Positions 44,906-55,444 of a stretch of DNA of 64,000 bases are shown here, in pieces (position 1 is the first letter of the stretch; every line of letters starts with the position of its first letter). A program made the translations under genes and the position numbers. Under the pieces are notes generated by a model. That model did no database searches, had not been told where the DNA came from, and saw only the letters and a program-made list of their open reading frames with translations. This DNA is from Nocardioides sp. GTDB taxonomy: Bacteria > Actinomycetota > Actinomycetes > Propionibacteriales > Nocardioidaceae. The stretch lies in assembly GCF_035697785.1 (NCBI RefSeq), contig NZ_DASSCL010000012.1, forward strand, positions 736 to 64,735, given 5' to 3'.

Positions 44906-46744
44906 CTACACGCCCAGCCGAGCCTTCAGGCTGTCCAGTTCGGTCCAGAGCACGGCGGGCAGGTCGTCGCCGAACTTCTCGAACCACTCGGTGATCTGCG
45001 GGATCTCGGCCTTCCACTCCTCGACGTCGACCTCGAGCGCGGCCTCGAGCTCGGCGGCGGTCATGTCGAGCCCGTCCGTGTCGAGGGCGCCCGGGGCCGG
45101 CACGTGGCCGATGGGGGTCTCCACGGCCTGCGCCTGGCCGTCGATGCGCTCGACGATCCACTTCAGCACGCGGCTGTTCTCACCGAAGCCCGGCCAGAGG
45201 AAGCCACCGTCCTCGTCGCGGCGGAACCAGTTGACGTAGAAGATGCGCGGCAGCTTCGCGGCGTCGTGGTTCTTGCCGACGGTGATCCAGTGGTTGAAGT
45301 AGTCGCCGGCGTTGTAGCCGATGAACGGCAGCATCGCCATCGGGTCGCGACGGACCACGCCGACGGCGCCGGTGGCGGCAGCGGTCGTCTCCGAGGAGAG
45401 CGTGGCGCCCATGAACGTGCCGTGGGTCCAGTCGCGGGCCTCGGCGACGAGCGGGACGGTCGTCTTCCGGCGGCCGCCGAACAGGATCGCGTCGATCGGC
45501 ACGCCCTGCGGGTCGTCGTACTCCGGAGCCAGGATCGGGCACTGCTTGATCGGTGTGCAGTAACGGCTGTTCGGGTGGCTGGACACCTCCGCGCTGTCGG
45601 GCGTCCAGTCGACGCCCTTCCAGGAGCGGGCGTGGGCCGGGGTGTTCTCCATGCCCTCCCACCAGATGTCGCCGTCGTCGGTCAGCGCGACGTTGGTGAA
45701 CACCGAGTTGCCCAGGTCGATGGTGCGCATCGCGTTGGGGTTGGTGAGCTCGTTGGTGCCCGGCGCGACGCCGAAGAAGCCGAACTCCGGGTTGACGGCG
45801 TACAGCCGGCCGTCCTGGCCGATCCGCATCCAGGCGATGTCGTCGCCCAGCGTCTCGACCTTCCAGCCGGGGATGGTCGGCGCGAGCATCGCGAGGTTGG
45901 TCTTGCCGCACGCGCTCGGGAACGCTGCGGCGATGTACTTCACGACGCCCTCGGGGCTGGTCAGCTTGAGGATGAGCATGTGCTCGGCGAGCCAGCCTTC
46001 GTCGCGCGCCATCACCGAGGCGATGCGCAGCGCGTAGCACTTCTTGCCGAGCAGCGCGTTGCCGCCGTAGCCGGAGCCGTAGGACCAGATCGCGCGCTCC
46101 TCGGGGAACTGCACGATGTACTTCGTCTCGCTGCACGGCCACGCGACGTCCGGCTGGCCGTCCTCGAGCGGCATCCCGACCGAGTGCAGCGCGGGCACGA
46201 ACGGCGCGTCCGTCTCCTCCATCTTGCGCAGCACGCTGCTACCCATGCGGGCCATGACCTTCATCGACACCACGACGTAGGCGGAGTCGGTGATCTCCAC
46301 GCCGAACATCGGCTTCTCGGCGTCGAGGTGGCCCATCACGAACGGGACGACGTACATCGTCCGGCCCTTCATGCAACCCCGGTAGAGGTCGCTCATGATG
46401 GCCTTCATCTCCTGCGGGTCCATCCAGTTGTTGGTGGGTCCCGCGTCCCGCTCGTCGACCGAGCAGATGAACGTGCGGTCCTCGACGCGCGCGACGTCGG
46501 TCGGGTCGGACTGGGCGAGGAACGAGTTCGGCTTCTTGTCGGCGTTCAGGCGCGTGAACGTGCCGGACTCGACGAGGGAGTTCGTCAGCGACTCCCACTC
46601 GGCGTCGTCACCGGTGCACCAGTGGATGTGGTCGGGCCGGGTCAGCTCGGCGACCTCCTGCACCCAGGCGACGATGCCCTGGTGGGTGGTGGGGGCGACG
46701 GCGTCTTGTCTGCCGATGGGGGTGGTCGTGATGTCGGTGGTCAT
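44906..46744 (-). CDS. pckG: Phosphoenolpyruvate carboxykinase (GTP)
   Basis: [62 protein letters not shown]. Confidence 0.97.
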   Translation of the reverse strand: MTTDITTTPIGRQDAVAPTTHQGIVAWVQEVAELTRPDHIHWCTGDDAEWESLTNSLVESGTFTRLNADKKPNSFLAQSDPTDVARVEDRTFICSVDERDAGPTNNWMDPQEMKAIMSDLYRGCMKGRTMYVVPFVMGHLDAEKPMFGVEITDSAYVVVSMKVMARMGSSVLRKMEETDAPFVPALHSVGMPLEDGQPDVAWPCSETKYIVQFPEERAIWSYGSGYGGNALLGKKCYALRIASVMARDEGWLAEHMLILKLTSPEGVVKYIAAAFPSACGKTNLAMLAPTIPGWKVETLGDDIAWMRIGQDGRLYAVNPEFGFFGVAPGTNELTNPNAMRTIDLGNSVFTNVALTDDGDIWWEGMENTPAHARSWKGVDWTPDSAEVSSHPNSRYCTPIKQCPILAPEYDDPQGVPIDAILFGGRRKTTVPLVAEARDWTHGTFMGATLSSETTAAATGAVGVVRRDPMAMLPFIGYNAGDYFNHWITVGKNHDAAKLPRIFYVNWFRRDEDGGFLWPGFGENSRVLKWIVERIDGQAQAVETPIGHVPAPGALDTDGLDMTAAELEAALEVDVEEWKAEIPQITEWFEKFGDDLPAVLWTELDSLKARLGV

Positions 46745-46900
46745 GCCAACCGGGGTCCTCTCGCGCATCTCGCCCGTCGGCAACGACGGACGGCCACCGA
46801 GCGTGTCAGTGGTGTGGTCGGGGGAGATGTGTGATCGCCGCACCGTTGCGGCGACCTCGGGCCTCGTCGGCGACTCCGTGGCGGTACGCCGTCGAGTGCT

Positions 46901-46916
46901 GGTGAATCTACGCACA
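46901..46916. promoter_or_regulatory. Possible CRP/GlxR site upstream of pckG
   Basis: GGTGA-ATCTAC-GCACA, 8/10 match to TGTGA-N6-TCACA. Confidence 0.4.
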
Positions 46917-47227
46917 AGGTCGGCGGGCTTGCCATTGGATCGGTCCAAGGTGTGACCGGGGACAACAAGGTTGTGTGGGACCTTCTCCGACCGTGCCCGA
47001 CCGGGTGGGAACGTGTGGGAACCGGAACGTGTTTCCGCAGGTCAGCGGTCACCGGTGCGAGGCGCGGCCGGTCATTCCCACGCAGACTCACATGCCGGTT
47101 CGGGTGTCGTATCTGGCCCGTCCGGGTCTGCCGTGGTCGGCCGCGACGAGGTTCACTGGGGCGGGGCCCGTCGACGCCATGGGGGTGTCTCGCACCGGCG
47201 ACGTCTGCCCCGTTGGAGCGTCGCACC

Positions 47228-48646
47228 TTGTCCAGTCGTCCCTCACGCCCCGGTCGTCCCGTCCCACGCCCAGGTCCAGCCGACCGGGATGCCGTCGTCC
47301 TCGGCGCCAGCATGGCCGGCCTGCTCGCCGCCACGGTGCTCGCCGAGTCCTACGACAACGTCGTGCTGGTTGAACGCGACCGGCTCGTCGGCGACGGGGA
47401 GCCGCGCCGCGGCGTCCCGCAGGGGCGGCACGCGCACGTGCTGCTGCCGCGGGGTGCGTCCGCCCTCGACGAGCTGATGCCCGGGTTGCTCGCGGAGCTG
47501 ACGGCCGACGGCGGATCGTTCGCGCCGCTGCTGAGCCAGCTCCACTTCGAGCTCAACGGGCACGTGCTGAGCCAGGAGGACACCGGGGACGAGAAGCCGG
47601 TCTACCAGCAGAGCCGACCGTTCCTCGAGGCGCACGTGCTGCGGCGGGTACGGGCGCTGCCGAACGTGACCGTGCTCGACGGCCACGACATCCAGGGCAT
47701 CCGAGCTGAACGATCGGGCCAGCGGATCATCGGAGCCACGGTCGTGGCGCGGGAGGGCTCATCGGCCCCTCGTGACCTCTCGGCGGACCTGGTGGTCGCG
47801 GCGACCGGGCGCAACGGCCGCGTCGGCGCCTGGCTCACCGACCTCGGGTACGACGCCGCGCCGGAGGAGGAGCTGCGGGTCGACATCGTCTACGCCACCA
47901 GGATCATGCGACTCGACCGGACCCTGATCACCCCGATCGAGCTTTGCCTCGTGGGCCCGACCCCGACGCGCCCCTGTGGCATCGGCGCTTTCGCACAGGA
48001 GAACGACGCCTGGGTGGTGACCCTGGCAGGCTTCCCCGGCCATCACCCCACGACGGACCAGGAGGAGTGGCTGGCGTTCAGCGACTTCGTCGCGCCCGGG
48101 AAGCTCGCGAAGGCGATCAGAGAGGGGGAAGCGTTGACCGACATCGAGCGGTATCGCTTCAAGTCGAACCTGCGGCGTCGCTACGACCGGCTCGACCGGT
48201 TCCCCGAGGGTTTGATCGTCGTCGGTGACGCCGTGTGCTCCTTCAACCCGATCTACGGCCAAGGCATGACGGTGGCCGCGCTCGAGGCGCTGGCGCTGCG
48301 CGACGTGCTCTCGCACGGCACGGGTGGCCTGGCCCGGCGCTTCTTCAAGGCCGCGGCGCGACCGGTGGGGGCTGCCTGGCAGTTCGCCCTCGGCGCCGAC
48401 CTCGCCATGCCGCCGGACGTCGTACCGGGGTCGCGGCCGCTGCCGATGCGCGTGGTCAACGCGTACCTCGACCGCTACCAGGCCGCCGCCGAGCTGGACC
48501 CGGTCCTCACGCGGCACTTCCTGAACGTCACGGGTTTCGACGAGCCGGTGCGCGTGCTGTTCGCCCCGAATGCGGTGGGGAAGGTGGTCGGCCAGCGGCG
48601 ACGGCGGGTGCGAGAGGACGCTCCGCTGCCCCTGATCTCCGGCTGA
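47228..48646 (+). CDS. FAD-dependent monooxygenase/oxidoreductase
   Basis: VLGASMAGLLAA, RRGVPQGRHAH, ATGR, GDAVCSFNPIYGQGMT; TTG start inferred from GGAG. Confidence 0.85.
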   Translation: MSSRPSRPGRPVPRPGPADRDAVVLGASMAGLLAATVLAESYDNVVLVERDRLVGDGEPRRGVPQGRHAHVLLPRGASALDELMPGLLAELTADGGSFAPLLSQLHFELNGHVLSQEDTGDEKPVYQQSRPFLEAHVLRRVRALPNVTVLDGHDIQGIRAERSGQRIIGATVVAREGSSAPRDLSADLVVAATGRNGRVGAWLTDLGYDAAPEEELRVDIVYATRIMRLDRTLITPIELCLVGPTPTRPCGIGAFAQENDAWVVTLAGFPGHHPTTDQEEWLAFSDFVAPGKLAKAIREGEALTDIERYRFKSNLRRRYDRLDRFPEGLIVVGDAVCSFNPIYGQGMTVAALEALALRDVLSHGTGGLARRFFKAAARPVGAAWQFALGADLAMPPDVVPGSRPLPMRVVNAYLDRYQAAAELDPVLTRHFLNVTGFDEPVRVLFAPNAVGKVVGQRRRRVREDAPLPLISG

Positions 48647-48728
48647 AACGCTTGCCTCGCTGGATCGGTTCGGCCGATTTCGTCAGGCGTGGGGCCGCAC
48701 GCTAAAGTGTGCGAGGCCAATCGGCCGT

Positions 48729-48801
48729 GCGCCTGTAGCTCAACGGATAGAGCATCTGACTACGGATCAGAAGGTTAGGGGTTCGAATCCCTTCAGGCGC
48801 G
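48729..48801 (+). tRNA. tRNA-Arg(ACG)
   Basis: GCGCCTG/CAGGCGC acceptor, TCTGA-CT-ACG-GA-TCAGA, GGTTCGAATCC; TAAAGT -10 box at 48703. Confidence 0.96.
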
Positions 48802-48806
48802 CTCCA

Positions 48807-48847
48807 CACGAACCCCAGGTCCCTCCCCCGTGGCCTGGGGTTTCGTG
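48807..48847 (+). terminator. Hairpin after tRNA-Arg
   Basis: CACGAACCCCAGGTC-cctcccccgt-GGCCTGGGGTTTCGTG. Confidence 0.6.
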
Positions 48848-49030
48848 CGCCTGCGACCCCAGCGCGGAGGCGACCGGGACGCTGGCCGCCTCCAAGCAGC
48901 GCCGGTTGGCTGAGCGCTCCTCACCCGCTCTGGGCGTTGCCGCGCCGAGGATCCCGCTCGTAGCGTGCTAGCCACTGGGTCGGCCCGCGAGGGCTGACCG
49001 AGCAACACTCACGTGAACGAGGAGGCCGGA

Positions 49031-49249
49031 ATGGACCTGGTGGAGATCTCCGAGAACGAGCGGCTCGGCCGCGAGGAGGCGGCCGCACGCCTGATCGCCC
49101 TGGGCGAGGCGCTCGCCAAGAACAACGAAGTCGAGTTCGACCGCGGTGGCCTGAAGTTCAAGGTGCGGGTGCCGGACGAGGTCGACTTCAAGCTGGAGGT
49201 CGAGATCGGGGATGACGAGCGAGAGCTGGAGATCGAGCTCAAGTGGTGA
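49031..49249 (+). CDS. Amphi-Trp domain protein
   Basis: LGREEAAARL..L, VPDEVDFKLEVE, ELEIELKW C-terminal Trp; GGAGG RBS. Confidence 0.88.
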   Translation: MDLVEISENERLGREEAAARLIALGEALAKNNEVEFDRGGLKFKVRVPDEVDFKLEVEIGDDERELEIELKW

Positions 49250-49291
49250 CGGCGTGCCGGTGCATGCGGGCGCCGGTACGGTGGCGCTGAG

Positions 49292-50716
49292 CTACTCGCC
49301 CGCAGCGGCCTCGACCCGGCCGGAGGCGACGGCAGCCTCGAGCGCGGCGTAGTCCCTCTCGTTCTGGTCGGCGTACGTCTCGGCGAAGACGGCGAGGCCC
49401 TGGTCGAACACGTCGCTGCTGCCGAGGTACGCCGCGATGGCGACCGGGTCACCGGACCGTGCGTGTGCGCCCGCGAGCGTCCGGCCACAAAGTCGCGCGT
49501 ACCTCTCCAACAGCGATGGACTCATGGCTTCGACGACAGCGGACCCCTTGCCGTCCCAGAGCTGCCGCACGTAGAAGTGCCGATCCTGCTCGTCTATCCC
49601 GGTCGTGCGGATCCAGCCCAGGAAGATGTCACTGGCGGCCTGCATGGTCCGCTGACCCTCCACGACGCGCTGGCCGTGGTTCTCGTAGGTGCTCGGCCCG
49701 AGGAACGGCTCGAGCACGGACGCCTCCGCCTCTTTCGCCTGCAGGAACAACGGATCGTGGACGTCGTTCCCGAGCATCAACAGGATCCAGGCGCGAGTGC
49801 CGACGCTCCCGACGCCGACCACCTTCCGGGCGGCGCCGGCGAAGTGGAAGCCCTCCAGGAGCTTTCGATGGTCGGTGCGCAGGGTGCTGCCGTAAGAGCG
49901 GACCAGCGCCTGCAGGCCTTCCTCGATGTCCCGGCGGTCGTGGTCGGGCAGCAGATCCTCCAGCGGGACCACCAACGGTGGGTCGCCGATCAGTCGTGGG
50001 CGTCCGTCGACGACCTCGACGAGCTTGTCGAACGCCTTGAGGCTGTCCTTCGCGCGAGCCTTCGCCATGTTCTTTTCGAACTGCTTCACCTGGTCGGGCT
50101 TCATCCGTTTCCTGACCAGCGCAGCGAGGTCCTCGACGTCGAGGCGGGCGTACCAGACCTCGAGCCTCCGCATCCGGGCCAGCTCGCGCATCGCCTGCCG
50201 ATAGGACTCGCCCACGGCCAGGTTGGCAACCGCGCGCTGCTCGGCGTCGAAGCCCCGGTCCCGGCCGGCGACGGCGAAGCTGGCCGCCAGTCGCTTCACG
50301 TCCCACTCGAACGGGCCGGGCAGCGTCTCGTCGAAGTCGGTGAGGCTGAAGACGAGCCGGCGGTCCGGCGCGGCGTACGTCCCGAAGTTGGACAGGTGCG
50401 CGTCGCCGCACAGCTGCACGGTGAGGCCGGTGCGTGGGGTGTCGGCAAGATCCGCGGCCATCAGGTACGCCGCACCACGGAAGAACGTGAACGGGGAGAC
50501 CAGCATGCGCGAGTACCGCAGCGGCACCAGCTCCGGCAGTCGGGTCCGCGCCTGTTCCTCAAGCAGCTGCACCGGGTCCGGCCGGTCCGGGGACGGCTGC
50601 CACTCGCCGTGCACCCCGCGAGGCACGGCCGAGCGCACTGCCTTTCCCTGCGCCGCTCGATCCGCCCGTGACGGCGACTCGGGGCGGGGGTGTTGCCCGG
50701 TTGGCGGAGTCGTCAT
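49292..50716 (-). CDS. DUF2252 family protein (kinase-like)
   Basis: RMLVSPFTFFRGAA, CGDAHLSNFG, DFDET, KVVGVGSVGTR, YVRQLWDGK. Confidence 0.9.
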   Translation of the reverse strand: MTTPPTGQHPRPESPSRADRAAQGKAVRSAVPRGVHGEWQPSPDRPDPVQLLEEQARTRLPELVPLRYSRMLVSPFTFFRGAAYLMAADLADTPRTGLTVQLCGDAHLSNFGTYAAPDRRLVFSLTDFDETLPGPFEWDVKRLAASFAVAGRDRGFDAEQRAVANLAVGESYRQAMRELARMRRLEVWYARLDVEDLAALVRKRMKPDQVKQFEKNMAKARAKDSLKAFDKLVEVVDGRPRLIGDPPLVVPLEDLLPDHDRRDIEEGLQALVRSYGSTLRTDHRKLLEGFHFAGAARKVVGVGSVGTRAWILLMLGNDVHDPLFLQAKEAEASVLEPFLGPSTYENHGQRVVEGQRTMQAASDIFLGWIRTTGIDEQDRHFYVRQLWDGKGSAVVEAMSPSLLERYARLCGRTLAGAHARSGDPVAIAAYLGSSDVFDQGLAVFAETYADQNERDYAALEAAVASGRVEAAAGE

Positions 50717-50885
50717 GTTTGTCGGGTCCTGGACCGATGTCACTCCTTCATCCCAGGGCATTCGGCGCGCCGGCGCATCACCAGGGCGAGGTGATTCGGC
50801 GCCGGGTCTCGACGGGCTGACCCTCCGGAACGTGGGCGTAGCATCCGCGCATGGGCCAGCGGGCGAGCGCGGCGGTGGCGGCGTG

Positions 50886-52076
50886 ATGCCGACCGGCTTC
50901 TTCAGCGCCGTCGAGCCCGGGGCGCCCGTCCGCCCGCTGCTCGAACGGCTGCGGCCACTGGTCGAGGCCGAGGTCGAGCGGTACGACGGCCGGGGTCTCA
51001 CCGTGCACGCCGAGCTCCGGGCCGTGCGTGGGTCGGGCGGCGCTGCCGAGATGGAGCGGTTCTACTGGTCCATGCAGGGGGCCGATCCCACCACCGCCTG
51101 GGGCTACGGCGCGCGCACGCTGTACTGCCGGGACGATCCCGAAGGTCTTCGCGTCCACGAGTTCCCGTCCGAGCCGGTGTTGTCCTGGCTCGACGACCCG
51201 GACGGACCGCTGCGACGGGACGGGCGGGCCGAGCAGGTGGAGATCCTGCGCTACATCCCGCTGCGTCGGCTCACCTACCGGCTGCTCGACGGCGCCGGAC
51301 TGCCCGACCGGGTCATCGCGAAGACCAAGCGGACCGGCGGCCTGAACCGCGCGGCGGTCGCGTTCCTGGCCGTCAACCAGGCCGCCGCCCGGCGCCCGGC
51401 CGCGCCGCGCGTGCCGCGACTGCTCCGGCTCGAGCCCCCACGGCACACGCTCTACCTCGAGGAGCTGCCGGGCCGGCCGCTGCACGTCGCGATCGCCGGC
51501 CTCGACCTCGGCGACGCGATGGTCCACCTCGGCGGGCTGCACCGCTCGCTCCAGGAGCTCGAGGTGAAGGGACTGCCGGTGCGACGCGTCGCGGACTGGC
51601 TGCGCGACGCGCGGGAGGCCGTCGACCGGATCGCGATGTTCGTGCCGTCTGCCGCCGGCCGGGCGGAGTCGATCCGCGCCGACCTGGCGCGCAAGGCGCC
51701 CGATGACCAGGGCCTCAGGTTCTGCCAGGGCGACTTCCTGCCCGGCCAGATCCTCTGCGACCCGAGCGGCTGGTCGGTCATCGACCTCGACGACAGCAGG
51801 TACGCCGACCCCTTGTCCGACGTCGCCGCCATGTTCGTCGGGATGCCGCGCGAGCTGAGACTGGCCGCGGTCGAGGCCGGGCAGGCGCGACGTACCTATC
51901 TCGACGCGTACGCCGCCCGGGCCGGCGAGCCGGTCGACCGCGACCGGTGGCGGTGGTACCTCACGCTGCTGCAGCTCAACGAGCTTGGGAAGCGGCTGAT
52001 GAAGGGACGGGTCGCGCCGGGCGAGGCGGAGGCAGTGCTCGACCGGCTCGTCGACCTGGACGACGGGCTCGGCTGA
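50886..52076 (+). CDS. APH/choline-kinase-like phosphotransferase
   Basis: RYIPLRR, IAK, CQGDFLPGQIL (Brenner motif variant), VIDLD; start uncertain. Confidence 0.75.
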   Translation: MPTGFFSAVEPGAPVRPLLERLRPLVEAEVERYDGRGLTVHAELRAVRGSGGAAEMERFYWSMQGADPTTAWGYGARTLYCRDDPEGLRVHEFPSEPVLSWLDDPDGPLRRDGRAEQVEILRYIPLRRLTYRLLDGAGLPDRVIAKTKRTGGLNRAAVAFLAVNQAAARRPAAPRVPRLLRLEPPRHTLYLEELPGRPLHVAIAGLDLGDAMVHLGGLHRSLQELEVKGLPVRRVADWLRDAREAVDRIAMFVPSAAGRAESIRADLARKAPDDQGLRFCQGDFLPGQILCDPSGWSVIDLDDSRYADPLSDVAAMFVGMPRELRLAAVEAGQARRTYLDAYAARAGEPVDRDRWRWYLTLLQLNELGKRLMKGRVAPGEAEAVLDRLVDLDDGLG

Positions 52077-52085
52077 CCTCGCCGC

Positions 52086-53393
52086 TCACCCGCGCAGCAG
52101 CGCGACCACGTCGGCGTGCCGCTCCAGCTCGGCGGTGAGGGCGTCCTGCCATCCGTTCGCGTGCCGGCGCAGGTGCCGGTAGCAGCGGTTCACGAACTCC
52201 GCGTCCGCGCAGGTCTCCAGCAGGGCCTGGTCGATCTCCCTGTCGGCGGCATCGGCGTACGACGCCAGCAGCCTTCGTCCAACGCTGCGGACGACGTCGT
52301 CGGGCAGCCCGCGCAGCGCGAGGTCGACGAGGAACTCGGCCAGGTCCACCTCCTTCGCCCCCCGCACCATCGAGTCGAGGTCGACGACCACCGGTCCGGC
52401 GTCCGAGGACACGAGCTGGTCGAGGTGGAAGTCGCCGTGCAGCGTGACGACCTGTTCGTCGCGAACGTGGGTCCGGCGCCGCGCGGCCGCGGTCACCATC
52501 CGGGAGACGGTCGGGCCCACCGCCGGATGGGCTCGGGAGAGCTTGCCCGCCTTCTTGTCCATCTCGGCCAGCAGCGCGTCGACGGTCAGCAACGGCGCGT
52601 CGGTCGGTGTGCGGTGCAAGGCGGCGAGGGTCGCACCCATCGCGACTGCCAGGTCCACGAGCTCGGACGGTGCGACAGCGGTGGTCAGCGGGAGTCCTGG
52701 TACGCCCCGGGTCCACAGCACTCCGAGGTGGTCATCCGTGGCGAGCGGCTCTGCCACCCGCAGGTGGTCGTGGTCGCGGGCCGCGTGCCAGACGGCCTCG
52801 TGACGCGTGCCTGCGGCCTTCACCTCCCCGTCGGCGAGGTGCTTGGCGAAAACGGCTGGCGCGCCGTCCCCACCGGTGTCGAGGCGCAGCGTGATGCTGG
52901 CCTCCGGCTGGTAGCGGACGACGGTCGTCCGCGGCTCGCCCGCACCGAGGACCTCGCGGACCGGTGGCGGAAGCACGTCGGCGACCCGACGCGGGTCGAC
53001 GAGGATCGGTACGGACGGGAGATGCGGGTCGTCGGGGAACGGCCACACGACCAGGTCGTGCCCGGGCAGCCGCACGCTGCGTGCGTGCGGTCGGGTGACC
53101 CGGTCCCGTCGCCAGGCCTCCTCGGTGGTGTCGTCGTCGGGGAAGCCCTTCACGTAGAGCTCAGCCGCGGCGCCGTCCCGCGGGCTGACCACGCATGTCG
53201 CCCAGCCCCGGCACAGCGCTGACTCGGGGCGATGCGGATGCGTCAGTCGCGCATCGAGCAGCCGCACGGAGTCGACCGGGCCGGCCACCCCCAGCGCCGC
53301 CGCGTGGGCCGTCACGACGTCGGCCAGCCACGACTCGTCAGCCAGGTTGGGCAGCCACACCGGCGTCTCCCGTCGTACGGACTCCCCGACCAC
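52086..53393 (-). CDS. APH-like phosphotransferase
   Basis: WPFPDDPHL, RYQPE, FAK, LHGDFHLDQ, VDLD; start uncertain (ORF open to 53435). Confidence 0.8.
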   Translation of the reverse strand: MVGESVRRETPVWLPNLADESWLADVVTAHAAALGVAGPVDSVRLLDARLTHPHRPESALCRGWATCVVSPRDGAAAELYVKGFPDDDTTEEAWRRDRVTRPHARSVRLPGHDLVVWPFPDDPHLPSVPILVDPRRVADVLPPPVREVLGAGEPRTTVVRYQPEASITLRLDTGGDGAPAVFAKHLADGEVKAAGTRHEAVWHAARDHDHLRVAEPLATDDHLGVLWTRGVPGLPLTTAVAPSELVDLAVAMGATLAALHRTPTDAPLLTVDALLAEMDKKAGKLSRAHPAVGPTVSRMVTAAARRRTHVRDEQVVTLHGDFHLDQLVSSDAGPVVVDLDSMVRGAKEVDLAEFLVDLALRGLPDDVVRSVGRRLLASYADAADREIDQALLETCADAEFVNRCYRHLRRHANGWQDALTAELERHADVVALLRG

Positions 53394-53509
53394 CGGGGAG
53401 CCCCATTCTGCAACGGACCTGAGGCCGCACCACACGTCCTAGGACCAAAGTTCACTACCCGCACCTCCGGGGCCGGGCGAGACTCGAACCGTCCTCAGGA
53501 GGTGGTGTC

Positions 53510-54787
53510 GTGACGCCGAGAAACGTGTGCGTCCTCGGTCTCGGGTACGTCGGACTGCCCCTCGCGTGCGCGGCGGCAGGTGCCGGGCACCGGGTCGTCG
53601 GGTACGACCCCGACCGGGGCCGGGTGGCCGGGCTGCGCCAGGGAAGGAGCCCGGTCGAGGACGTCGAGGACCGCCTGCTCGAGAAGGCGCTCGCCAGCGG
53701 GCGGCTGTCGTTCACCGACGACCCAGCCGAGGTGACCGGCAGCGACACGTTCGTGATCTGCGTGCCCACGCCGCTGGAGGAGAAGACCCCCGACCTCTCG
53801 ATGGTGGACGCCGCGGTCGACGTCGTCGCCGGTGCGCTCCGGCCGGGCGGCATGGTGATCCTGGAGTCCACGACCTACCCCGGCACCACGGAGGAGCGGG
53901 TGGCCCCCCGGCTGGCGGCGGCCACCGGTCTGCGTGCTCCGGACGACTACCACCTGGTCTTCTCGCCCGAGCGGATCGACCCGGGCAACCCGGTGTACTC
54001 GCTGGAGAACACCCCGCGCGTCGTCGGCGGCCTGGGACCCGCGGCCGGCGACGCCGCCTCCGCGTTCTACTCGTCGTTCATCGACCACGTGCACCGGGTG
54101 TCCGGACCGCGCGAGGCCGAGATGGCCAAGCTCCTGGAGAACACCTACCGGCACGTCAACATCGCACTGGTCAACGAGATGGCGATCTTCTGCGACGAGC
54201 TCGGCATCGACCTGTGGGAGTCGATCGGCGCGGCGTCCACCAAGCCGTTCGGCTTCGCACCCTTCACGCCCGGCCCGGGTGTCGGCGGGCACTGCATCCC
54301 GGTCGACCCGTCGTACCTCTCCTGGCGGGTACGCCGCCTCGGGTACCCGTTCCGCTTCGTCGAGCTGGCCGGCGAGATCAACGACCGCATGCCGGTGTAC
54401 GTCGCGTCGCGGATCGCGGACCTGCTCAACGGCGTGCAGAAGTCCGTCTCGGGCTCGCGCATCCTGGTGCTCGGCGTCGCCTACAAGAAGGATCTCGGTG
54501 ACATGCGCGAGTCCCCCGCGCCGGTACTGATGCGCCGGTTGGCGAGCCACGGCGCGCTGGTGCGCTGGCACGACCCGCACGTGAGGGCCGACCAGGTCCC
54601 CGACTCGGGGGGCGTGGCGGTGGACGGTGAGCTGACCGCCGAGGAGCTGGCCGCGGCGGACCTCGTGGTGGTCCACACCGACCACGCGGCCTACGACCCG
54701 GCCATGATTGTCCGGCACAGCCGACGGCTCTTCGACACCCGGAACCTGACGGCGGGGCACCATGCCGAGCACGTGTTCCGGCTCTGA
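53510..54787 (+). CDS. Nucleotide-sugar dehydrogenase (UDP-glucose/UDP-HexNAc 6-dehydrogenase family)
   Basis: GLGYVGLP, ESTTYPGTT, SPERIDPG, AKLLEN, PGPGVGGHCIPVDP, GVAYKKD; AGGAGG RBS. Confidence 0.93.
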   Translation: MTPRNVCVLGLGYVGLPLACAAAGAGHRVVGYDPDRGRVAGLRQGRSPVEDVEDRLLEKALASGRLSFTDDPAEVTGSDTFVICVPTPLEEKTPDLSMVDAAVDVVAGALRPGGMVILESTTYPGTTEERVAPRLAAATGLRAPDDYHLVFSPERIDPGNPVYSLENTPRVVGGLGPAAGDAASAFYSSFIDHVHRVSGPREAEMAKLLENTYRHVNIALVNEMAIFCDELGIDLWESIGAASTKPFGFAPFTPGPGVGGHCIPVDPSYLSWRVRRLGYPFRFVELAGEINDRMPVYVASRIADLLNGVQKSVSGSRILVLGVAYKKDLGDMRESPAPVLMRRLASHGALVRWHDPHVRADQVPDSGGVAVDGELTAEELAAADLVVVHTDHAAYDPAMIVRHSRRLFDTRNLTAGHHAEHVFRL

Positions 54788-54867
54788 GCGGATCTGTCTC
54801 GTGCGGAGACTCCGCGTCGGGCGGGCACGCGCGCGTGGGCGATGGCACCGCGTGCCAGGGTGTCCGG

Positions 54868-55444
54868 ATGATCGAGCAGCTGCCCGAGCAGCAGGGACGT
54901 CTGCTGGAGCGCTGGCTCCCCGGTGCAACGTTGGTCGCCGACCACAGCTGGGGGTCGGTGGGTCGCCGTGTTCTCGAGATCGAGCACGAGGGACAGCGGT
55001 ACGTCGTCAAGGCGGGCGCTGAGTCCGACCACCACATCGACCGCGAGGTGTGGGCGCACCGGCACTGGCTCGAGCCGTGGACGTCGCGTGGCCGCGCCCC
55101 ACTCCTCGTGGAAGCGGACGTCGAGGCGAAGATGCTGGTAACACGGCACGTGCCGGGGCGACTGCTCCTCGACAGCCCGCACGTCGACGACCCGGACGCC
55201 TTCCGGCAGGCCGGCGAGCTTCTCGCGCTGCTGCACGGTCAGCACGCCGTGACCGACCTCCACCAGCAGCGACGCGAGGCCGAGCGGGCGCTGCGCTACC
55301 TGGACGGAGAGCACCGCATCGCGCCAGCGGGTCGGTGAGGCGATCGGCACGGCCTGCTGGGCGCACCAGGTCGGTGACCCCACGTTCGAGGCACAGGGGC
55401 ACCGGATGATCGCGGAGGTCCTCGCGGACCTGTCCGGTGGGTGA
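54868..55444 (+). pseudogene. Internally deleted, frameshifted aminoglycoside phosphotransferase-like gene
   Basis: N-lobe ORF (VVKAG...LHG) stops at 55338 without HGD/DFG; a C-terminal remnant EAIGTACWAHQVGDPTFEAQGHRMIAEVL continues in another frame from 55337 to the stop at 55444. Confidence 0.7.

Noticed and set aside
46950-47100. GGAACGTG/TGGGAA short repeats between pckG and the FAD enzyme gene
   Set aside because: Too short and irregular to support a defined operator or repeat call by eye.
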